Shown here piece after piece: positions 54,077-64,000 of a stretch of 64,000 nt of DNA; positions within the stretch are counted from its first letter, which is position 1, and each line of letters begins with the position of its first letter. The notes under the pieces are model-generated. The model did not search any database and was not told the origin of the DNA. It saw only the letters and a program-made list of their open reading frames with translations. The translations under genes were made by a program, and so were the position numbers. The stretch comes from Octopus vulgaris. Lineage: Eukaryota. The stretch covers positions 54,188,001 to 54,252,000 of the forward strand of contig OX597822.1 of the NCBI GenBank assembly GCA_951406725.2, written 5' to 3'.

Positions 54077-54613
54077 ATGTGTGTGTGTGTATATATCTTT
54101 GTCTTGACACCATATAATGTAAACAAACATCACCATGGTACAAGTGATGTTGTTCATTTACAGTCTGCCATGAAAACATGCCTGGCCATGGGGAAATATT
54201 ATCTTGCTTGGAAACTGGTGAAGGTTAATGACTGGAAGAGCATCTGGCTAGAGAAGAAGCTGCCTCAAGAAACTCTGTCCAATCTATGTGAATATGGCAA
54301 AGTGGACATTAAAATGACGGCGGCTTATATGAATATCTCCTCTATAGTTCAACAATGAATTCAAACCACATAGATTGGATCAACCTTTCATCTTAATCCT
54401 TAATGCATACTTGCTACATGTTGTACATTACCCCTAACTCTTCCCCATCTGCAGGTGATGAATTCCCAGCATCAGGACATGGGAACTCAAACCTGGACAT
54501 TACCAGATATTCAAACTGGTAAGGATTGTTCAAATTGATCTGTTTTTTTATCTTTTTGTTATTGATGTTATTTTCTTCTCAATTGCTATTATGGTTTTCT
54601 GTTTATTCTGTAG

Positions 54614-55193
54614 ATGCTGAGAGTTCAACAGCTGGAGGGTTACTTCAATAGTCTTCTACCACAGTCTTCTGATGAGAAACTCGATGTGGCAGCAATCACA
54701 AAGAACTGTGGAATTCTGGCAGCTCTCATCAATGGTATGATTGACGAGGACTTTGCCATCCTCTCCACAGGAATGTTCAAGAAAGTATCAAGTACTTTCA
54801 AAGCTATTCATGATCTCTATCTTGATAAATATGCTGATGAGATGTCAGCTCTCATTGAAGAAATATACGATGATCTCAAAGACATAATGCATCGCAACTC
54901 TGCACAGTCATCAAGCGAATTTCTTTATGATGGCAACCACAAAAAACCTCTTTTAAAAGGCTATGCTAGTCCTGCAGAGCAGGGCCTACTTAACTCAGGA
55001 GCAAGGCGTTCTAGTCGAAAAGCTTCAATTGTTATTTCCAAACACTATTTGCAATCTTTGCAAGATATTCTTCTGTCTGTTTTTCATATTGAAGAACATA
55101 TGGACTCTTTGTACAAGATGGCATGTACCGGTATAAGTAGCACCAGTGGCAATAGCAGCAATAGACGACGAGGTTCGAAAGGAAGTTTAAGGG
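54614..55193 (+). CDS. KIAA0825: KIAA0825-like coding exon (phase 0 to 1)
   Basis: TTCTGTAG acceptor, G|GTAATT donor; 193 open codons; MIDEDFAIL and YLDKYADEMSALIEE resemble recalled human VIKEDFNTL and YLDTVTEEMAKFLEN. Confidence 0.9.
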
Positions 55194-55411
55194 GTAATTT
55201 ATTGCCAATTTTCTAAAACACTTTCAAACTTTATTACTAAAGTAGACTGACATTTCCATCAGTAACCTCATCTGGTTTTTTGTTTTTCTTCATTATTTTG
55301 CATGGTTATATATTTTTAATTGCCTTTGTGTGGCATCCTCATATATATAGTTTATAGATCCAATATAGGTAGAATCAATGAAAAAAAGAACTCCCATCTT
55401 GTGAGAGATAA

Positions 55412-55684
55412 ATATCAGTTTATTACACATATTGAAAGAGCTACTAGTAGTTTCATGCTTTTATGATACTTTAACTAGAAATATTTATAAATTACACCAT
55501 GTATTTTCAAGTGTTTTCATCTCTTTTTTTCTTACTTTTTCATTGTCAAGCATGCTTGTTTTTAGATTATATATAATGCATAAACAGAGCCTGAAAGATT
55601 GGTTGGTGATTTTATAAATATGCCTAGTTAAAGTATTATAAAAGCATGAAATTATAAGTAGCTCTTTTGATATGTGTCTTAAAT

Positions 55685-55690
<6 letters not shown>
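55412..55690. repeat. Foldback/MITE-like inverted repeat (about 90 bp arms)
   Basis: ACACATATTGAAAGAGCTACT...TTTATAAA pairs with TTTATAAATA...AGTAGCTCTTTTGATATGTGT. Confidence 0.85.
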
Positions 55691-55733
<43 letters not shown>

Positions 55734-56567
55734 AATGTAAATAATTATCATTCTAATGTTCATGTTGCCATGTTTGCATGGTTCATATGAAATTCGCTGG
55801 AGCAGATTTTCTTTGGATGGACGACCTCCCTATGATTAGCCCTCATCGGTATCAAAGCAATGTTATATTTCTCTTAGGTCAGACATGTTTCCATGTAAGA
55901 TTGGGATTCAAGAACACTTCTTGTATGGCAGGGTTTCTCATTTACAACTACCATGCTATATCAAGATAAGGACACACTAACACACACATACATAAACATC
56001 TGCTTGCTGGCAACTTTTTTCCATCTTATAAGGGTAAATACCCAATATTTCTGCTGATCTTACAACTATACTGCATTTGAAATTACCTTCTTGTTTGTAA
56101 AATACCAAGCATATTTGGTGCTTCCAAAATTTGTTTATTTACATGCACACATGCATGCACGCAATGAGCTCTCAGTTTCTGTCTACCAAAATCCACTCTT
56201 TTATTCAGCTTGGGCCTTTTGCATACAACACTTGCCCTAGGTAATCATGCAGTGGGACTGATCCAGAAACCATATAGTTGATAAGGAAACATCTTAACCA
56301 CACAGCCATATATACATACTGTTGTTTGGTTTTAAAATCAGAATTTTTATATTTCTAATGCAGAGTTTCAATGTTTTTGTACACTATGCCATTGTTGTGT
56401 AGGCCAAAAATATGTCTGTAACTGCATACCTGCCAAGTAATAAACTTACAGGACTTTGGACATTGTGTGCAAGAGTGTTTGAAACCATTAGCAATGATGA
56501 TGATAATAAAAATGATGATGGTAATGTTAATTTTAAACCTGTTTATATTTGTTTTATCTTCCCTTAG

Positions 56568-56696
56568 GTGTTTTAAAGACTGTGAGTCCAGACCTTCTTG
56601 GTCGTAAAGGTAGCAATAGCAGTGAAAGTTCAACATCTGAATCCTCTCTCGTAGCATCTCCCAGACCTTTGTTGGACAGTAGACCTGCACCTAAAA
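56568..56696 (+). CDS. KIAA0825: KIAA0825-like coding exon (phase 1 to 1)
   Basis: CCCTTAG acceptor, A|GTAAGG donor; (G)VLKTVSPDLLGRKGSNSSESSTSESSLVASPRPLLDSRPAPK, in frame with both neighbouring exons. Confidence 0.82.
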
Positions 56697-59600
56697 GTAA
56701 GGAAATTATTGCTCTTAAATTTTGTTCTTCAGTTTTAACTATTTTGAATGAGTTTCACTGTTTATCTTTTAGTTCTTCACCTTGTAAATTCCAGCAAGAA
56801 TTTAAAAGCAGGCCACATTCTGAGAATTGATTTTTAATCAATAATTACTTTTGGTATACAAGGCAGCGACAAAAATACTGGACAAAATGCTTCATGGTAT
56901 TTCTCCATTTTTGTTCTATTATCAAATTCCACTGAGGTTGAGGTTGCCTTTCATCCTTTTGGGATTGATAAAATAAGTATCAGTTGAACACTGGGATCAA
57001 TGTAATTGACTTAGCCCTCCCCTGAAATTTCTACCCTTGTTCCAAAATTTAAAATCAATAATTACTTTTAGTTTTTTGCACAGTCAGTCATCTCATCTCC
57101 CCTACCTTTCCACAACTTGTGCATTATTGGTCAGGCCTCAACCCACCCCTACCCTTAACTTTACCCAGTTTCTACTGTTGTTGCCTACTCTTCACTCTTC
57201 TCTACCTTCCCTGCTTACCATCCTTCAACACTTATTCTTCTTTGTATTCATCTCTCACTCTCCGATATTAATGCAACTTCTACCCTCCCCCTCCAGAAGC
57301 TGTTTTGTTCTGACCCCTTCTTTCATACTTTAACTTGTAACCTCCTAGCGTAAATCTATCTCCCTTCCTACTGTAGACCCACTTAGTCAAAGGGGACCTT
57401 AGTGTTGCGAGTTACTTGTTGATCTCACAAGGGAACTTTTCTGCTTGGCTGCACCTGTGGAAATTTCAAAGTTTAGTGAAAATTTTAAAATCTGGTGTAT
57501 TGATGTAGGTTTAAAGCTAGATAATTTTTACCCATTCAGTAAAAAGGATTTGGAAGCTGTATTTTGTGCATGACTGCCCATGTTGTCAACTGTAAGCAAA
57601 TGAGATATTGGTGGAATTCTGTTTCATGCACGTCATATAATTCCTTGAACCCTTTTATTTTTTTGGAATTTTTTGTAAATTTTGTCAAATTTGTATTCTA
57701 TGCACAGGAATTCATACAATTACGCCCCCACCACCAAAATTTTTTTGTGCCTGATTATGTCTATTTAGCTATTATTTTTAGCATATCTCACTACCACCAT
57801 TTAATAAGTGAAAAATGATCACATGAATAAGCAAGTTGGTAACAGCTTGGTTTGTTACTACACAAAGAGGCATGAATGTGTCTGTGGTTTACGATTGGCT
57901 AAAATGACCCAAAATTTGCAGATTTTAAAAGCTATTAACTCTTTATTTATTGATTTATGGCGAAAATGAATTTCATGTCAATGATTAGCTTACAAAACTA
58001 CATCATTACACCAAATATGAATTCAATTGGAATAGAAATTGAAAAGTGGCAACCAAATACAAAAATCCCCCAAGTGCTGATTCTATGAAAAAGTGCCTAG
58101 TATATGCTGTAATATGGTTGACATTAAGAAGGGCATCCAACCAAAGTGGCCATTCCAAAGTAAACATTGGAACATGATGCAACCTTCAGACCCATTGGAT
58201 CTTGTCAAACTGTTCAACCCATATCACCATAAAACATGGACGTTAAATAATGATTATGATGATTTTTCTGTTTCTCAAAGCAAGATATTACTCTTATATA
58301 AAGTACCTAATTCTGCTTTTGAATGTTAAGGTTATTAAATAGTTCCACTTAGTTCTGATTTAACATTCATCTTCTGCACTACATTCCCATCTAGGATGCT
58401 TTTGCAGCATTCACACACTACTTGTCTTCTTTCTCTTTGCATCCCTTGCCTTATTTTCTCTTACTGCCTCCCCCCCTTCCCCCCTTTAAAGCGTCTCTGC
58501 TTCTTAAACACACCTTACCTTTCCCCATCTGATTCTTCCAACCATGACCATCCTGATTTTTTTTTTTCTCATAAAGTCCATGGAACTGAAATATGTCTCC
58601 ATTTCTATTGCAGCAAGGCATGCTTTGAGAGAGAACTTAGTTGGTATGTTTAACATGTTAAGTAACCACATAGAAGCATTTTTTTGTTGACTTGCTTGAT
58701 CATACGTCTGGTGTACCAGTGCTGACATAGGACTTAACCCATTAGCATTTAATCTGGCCATATCCAGCCCCAGATATTCTACCTCTCACACCTACCTTAT
58801 AATGTCATTCTGAAAGTATACAAACACACCATTGAAATATTGAAGCTACAAAATAATGCATGATTAATTGAAAACAATGTGAATAAATAAGCAATACATT
58901 TGACAGAGAAACCTTAACGCTAAAGGGTTGAACAACAATAATGACTATAAAGATTTTTAATACATCAACATGTATTATGTTAAAAGTTTATTGCAGCCAT
59001 GGGCAAACTGCAGCCTGTGAGCCATATGTGGCTCGCAGGGCAGTGGCACACCTAACACAAAATTACCTTGAATGTTTTGTATTGTGGCTCATGTTCGGTA
59101 AGTTTACCATCATCAATTTACCATTTTTTTTTTCAATAAAATAGTTTTTAACTATTAATAGTGAAATATTATGGGCATATTTTCTTGGTAAACTTTCCTC
59201 ACAGTGAACTTCCTTCATGGTAGTAAACTTTCCCTGTGGTGAATTGATGGCAGTAAATTTACCTGTAATCATTGTGGCCCACTTGATGACAAGCCATGTA
59301 TAATATGGATGTTTATTTGTTGACCCTTTTGTTACCATTTTTCTGTTGAAATACATTACCTTTCTTTCAAGTAATTTTGGAAGCAATGAAGAATTTAGTA
59401 AAATATTTTTGTCATTATTAAGTTGGTGCTTGGAACATAACTTGATATGAAATTTTGATGGAAAATTTCAGATTAGATGATTTTAAGTCTTTTGTTACTA
59501 TATTTCTGATGAAATACATTACTTTTGTTAAGATTATTTTGTCATTATTATATTGGGATTTGGAACATAAATTAACATGGAATTTTGAGGGAAGGTTTTA

Positions 59601-60307
59601 ATTCAGGTCACTTTAAAACAAAATGTTTGTCATGCAACCAAGGACAGTTTTGGATGGGTTGGTATCATCATCATCATCATCACCACAATCATTATCATCA
59701 TCATCTCTTCACTTTTCCATGCTTGCTTGGGTCAGACAGAATTTGAGGCATATTTTCTATGGTTGGATACCCTTCCTGTCACCAATCCTCATCTATTTCC
59801 AAGTAAGGTAATATGTTCTCATGGCCAGGCATGTTTTCCATGGGAGACTGGACACAAACAACACTTGTTTACAACCATCGTATGATGTTTAGATAAGGGT
59901 GTACACACACACACACATGCAGACACACACATCATATGAGGTTCTTTCAGTTCCCGTCTACTAAATCCACTTACGAGCCATGGTTTGCCCAGGGCTGTAG
60001 TAAAAGACAATTGCCCTAGATGCTGCATAGTGGGACTGAACCAGTGACCACATGATTTTGAAGCATGCTTCTTAACCATGCAACTACACCTGCACCTTTG
60101 AAAGAATTAAATGAGTTCTGTTCACTTGAGTGTAGACATTCCATTTATTGAACAAAAAGCTGTGCCTGTTAAAGTTTGAACCAAAAGCCATGGTTTTGAA
60201 TCATGATTGAAGAGAGATCCTTTGCCTTTCTCTAGATACACTTTTTTATTATGAAAATTTATAACTTAATGGCTTCTGGGATGCCCAACCACTTGGTTTT
60301 AGGTTCT

Positions 60308-60541
60308 TATTTCTTTATTGCCCACAAGGGGCTAAACATAGAGGGGACAAACAAGGACAGACAAAGGGTTTAAGTCGATTATATTGACCCCAGTGCATAA
60401 CTGGTACTTAATTTATTGACCCCGAAAGGATGAAAGGCAAAGTCAACCTCGGCAGAATTTGAAATCAGAATGTAACGGCAGACGAAATACCACTAAGTGT
60501 TTCGCCTGACGTGCTAACGTTTTTGCCAGCTCGTCACCTTT
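60308..60541 (-). mobile_element. SINE family B with 16-bp TSD
   Basis: CTTGGTTTTAGGTTCT at 60292-60307 and 60542-60557. Confidence 0.85.
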
Positions 60542-60756
60542 CTTGGTTTTAGGTTCTGTCCCATTGCATGGTACTTTGAGATGGTTTGTACTATAATCTT
60601 TCAATTAATTTTATCTGATTCCTGCCAGTATGGAAAAGTGGATGCTGAAATGATTATGACGATGATGATGATGTTGTCATATGTGTGTGCCCCTGTGGGT
60701 AAATGCATTGAAGTGGTATACCAATGTTACCAAGATGACTATTTAATTTTTTTCAG

Positions 60757-60989
60757 TTGTTGAGAAATCTAAACTGGAAGAAAAACCTGTTTGGGAATGG
60801 AAGCTAGTTTTTAAACTCATTAGTCCTGATTTAGTGCAATGTGTTGAGCAAGTGGTATGGTCAAATGCCAGCTCTAGCCTTGAGAAAGAACAGAAAGACT
60901 GGGAGATTGCTTACTCAATGGAAGTTGTCCAACTACCTCATGATGTCTTGGCTGGATGTATTGATCACTATCCTAGAGTCGTTTCGAAA
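60757..60989 (+). CDS. KIAA0825: KIAA0825-like coding exon (phase 1 to 0)
   Basis: TTTCAG acceptor, AAA|GTAAGT donor; WEWKLVFKLISPDLVQCV...LEKEQK...YSMEVV...YPRVVSK resembles recalled human FGWRSAFKEVSLPMAHCV...LQQEQN...YAMNLV...QPKKIGK. Confidence 0.88.
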
Positions 60990-61975
60990 GTAAGTGAGAT
61001 TTTACATATCATTGTTTTTATCTTTGATTAATTTTTACTTCTCCCTTTTAACCCTTTTTACATTTAAATTGACCAAGATGAGGCTCAAATATTCTACCTG
61101 TTTTATATTCAAACTAAGTCAGATCTCCCCCACTACTCCATGTCATGATCAGAGATGCACATATTGTCAGCCACTAAGGGACATGCTCAAGTAGTTAGGG
61201 TCAAGCAATTGACAAGCGAATCTGTAGTATTGAGCAGAATATTTGCTATGACGATATTTCTGCTTCAGCAACTCAGTACCGAATCTGTCTGAAATGTAAT
61301 GGAAAAGAAGTTAGTTTCAAAACATTGATGTCCAGATCACAGAAGCAAAACTCGAAGAGAATAGTTGTCATTTCCTTTGATTTCTAGATAGAAACAAATA
61401 GGATATAACACTGAGCTGCCAATGACAAAAAAAAAAAAAATGGAGTTATTTTTATTTCTGTAATATTTTATGCAATGAATATTTTCAACAAACCATAAAG
61501 ATTATATTATATTTTACTTTTGTTTTTTTTATGAGGACTTTTAGGTGCTTCTTTGAGATTAATAATCTGAACAGAACTAGGCCAAAAACAATGTCATTCT
61601 AAAAAATCACGTCATTGAAATCTCAAAGCTATGAGATAATGCATGAGTGATTCAAAACAATGTGAAATAAATAAGCTTTACATTTGATAGAGTAATCTGA
61701 ATGCTAAAGGTTTCAACACTACTGTATAAAATATGAAAATGTGCTGTCACATAAATGTACATGTGTGGCAGAAAAATCACCCATATATTTCATGGTTTAG
61801 GCAGATAATAATGTTGTCTTCATGTAGCTAAAGTTTTACCATTTTTTTCTGTTACCATCATCGTTTGAACTGTTGAAAACCATATGTTTGCTGTTGTAAA
61901 ATGAAAAATGGTGAATCTGGGATGTTTTTTATGCCATACCTATATTTGGTATTTAAACCCATTTTTCCATGGTTA

Positions 61976-62365
61976 CTCTTTTACTTGTTTCAGTCATGTG
62001 ACTGTGGCCATGCTGGAGCACCACCGTTAGTTGAGCAAATCGACCTCAGCACTTATTCTTTGTAAGCCTAGTACTTATTCTATCGGTCCCTTTTGCCCAA
62101 CTGCTAAGTTACAGAAACGTAAACACACCAGAATCGGTTGTCAAGCGATGTTGGGGGGGAGGACAAACATATACACATACACATACATATATGCATATAT
62201 ATATACATATATACGACGGGCCTCTTTCTGTTTCTGTCTACCAAATCCACTCACAAGGCTTTGGTTGGCCTGAGACTATAGTAGAAGACACTTGCCCAAG
62301 GTGCCATGCAGTGGTACTGAACCCAAAACCATGTGATTCGTAAGCAAGCTACTTACCACACAGCC
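61976..62365 (-). mobile_element. SINE family A
   Basis: Homologous to 19262-19672. Confidence 0.85.
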
Positions 62366-62824
62366 AAAAATATTTTTTGCTCCCTTTTTTCTGAAATAGT
62401 TGCTTTAACAGATGGTTCATTATCCTGTTGTTAACTATTCAACTATAAACTAGGTCAGTGTTTACAATGCAATATTTATAGTAAAACTAGCAGAGAGACC
62501 CTTTTATAGTAAAACTAGCAGAGAGACCCCATTTATAGTAAAACTAGCAGAGAAATGGCATAGTTTTTTTTCATAGTTTTACATGTTTCAGTCATGTGAC
62601 TGTGGCCATGGTGGAGCAAAATACTTCATGGTATTTCTCCATTTTTGTTCTGATATCAAATTCCACTGAGGTTGATGTTGCCTTTCAATCTTTTGGGATT
62701 GATAAAATAAGTACCAGTTGAACACTGGGATCAATGTAATTGACTTACCCCTCCCCTGAAATTTCTACCCTTGTTCCAAAATTTAAAATTAATAATTACT
62801 TATAGTTTTTTGCATAGTCAGTCA

Positions 62825-62872
<48 letters not shown>

Positions 62873-63048
62873 ATATAGATACACATGTATATACAGAATA
62901 TATATAAATTAAAGAAAAAAACTATTATGTAATTCAAACAATGATAGACATAAACCATATGATATAGAAAAAATAAAATATATTATAAAGCATATAGATC
63001 ACAAAATGTACAAAAAATGAATAAACTTACTTATATAATAAGTAAAAA

Positions 63049-63150
63049 GACTACATATGTTTCGTGGCTATAACTTCAATTTGAATTACAATTAAATTTA
63101 AATTCAATCCAAAAACAATTCAATTTAAAAATATAGTCACTCCTCAGGTC
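63049..63150 (-). ncRNA. Type I hammerhead ribozyme motif in an AT-rich, probably PLE pLTR-like segment
   Basis: Minus strand reads GAC-CTGAGGA-GTGACTATA...TATAGCCAC-GAAA-CATATG-TA-GTC. Confidence 0.72.
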
Positions 63151-64000
63151 AACAATAATAACAATAATAGTTAAATAACTACAGATTTTTAATAAATAAT
63201 CAAATAGAATTAAACAATATTTCTTAAAGAAATAAAAATATGATCCTTAGGTTTTTAACATGATAAATGTATTATAGACACCTGGTCCTACTTTTTAAGT
63301 TTCAAATTTAGTTAACGGAGTTTCTTCTATAAGAAGAATCATGTTTTTATTTCTTTAAGAAACATTGTTTAATTCTATTTGATTATTTATTAAAACTCTA
63401 TTAAAAATAAATTATTGGAAGGTCTTACTTTATATTACTTTATATTAAATGATAAATATATTGAAATAAGTAACAAGGATGTACAGGTGTCAATTCATTA
63501 TGGCTGTTTCAAACGACTCCTTCAATTAATTAATGAACACACTATATTATTGCAAAAGAAACCGTTTTCATGAGATGACTGCATAGACTTCAAATGCAAA
63601 GAACAAACCAACTGCTTTAACATATTTGCATCACCAATGGAGTTCAAAATATTTACACTGATCCTGTTGCTATTTCTTTGACATAATGAGTTTAGGAAAA
63701 TGTCTGCATGGTGTTGAACCTACTAGAATTGAAGTTAGAAGAGGTTATAGTTGGGGGAGGAATAATTGAGAGTAGTGACCTAATTATCTACTCTTCAAAA
63801 GACAATGGGGGAATTTAGTTTTCAATCATCCAAAATGAAATGTTTTGATAGTTAACTACCCATGAGAGAAGAAGAACAAGAAAGATATGAGAAGTAGTAG
63901 TGAATTAGACTTCTGTATTTTGGGAGTTTCACAGATGAAGAATGATGTGAATGAAGATAATTATCATCATCATCATCATCATCTACATTAACTTTCATTT

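Noticed and set aside
54669-54686. CTGATGA...GAAA within the coding exon
   Set aside because: No stem II between the core halves; explained by the codons S-D-E-K

Overview
AT-rich, intron-dominated animal genomic DNA, most likely an octopus: the tRNA-Arg SINEs resemble the octopus OR1/OR2 families, and (TA)n/(CA)n/(CAT)n microsatellites are dense. The only host gene I can support is a + strand multi-exon KIAA0825 (DUF4495)-like gene. Six phase-compatible coding exons (33503-33674, 43591-43802, 52759-52897, 54614-55193, 56568-56696, 60757-60989; 1465 nt, 488 codons + 1 nt) join into one open frame. The first coding exon was not found and the gene continues past the window. The rest is transposon debris: several SINE families, RTE and CR1-type LINE fragments, a near full-length decayed Tc1, a DD37D-type mariner remnant, a piggyBac derivative, TTAA MITEs and Penelope-like element (PLE) remnants. 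The most notable hidden structure is a dispersed set of type I hammerhead ribozyme motifs. Four have canonical cores (17787, 27159, 46019 on +; 63049 on -), two belong to a minimal family with an A6->U core change (12662, 14380), and several are decayed. One canonical copy lies sense-strand in a KIAA0825 intron just behind a PLE GIY-YIG 3' end. Also notable are three long foldbacks with a G:U bias on the sense strand and a candidate frame-shifting (poison) exon. Nearly all ORF-track entries are microsatellite or repeat artefacts. All family assignments come from recalled motifs, not database searches.
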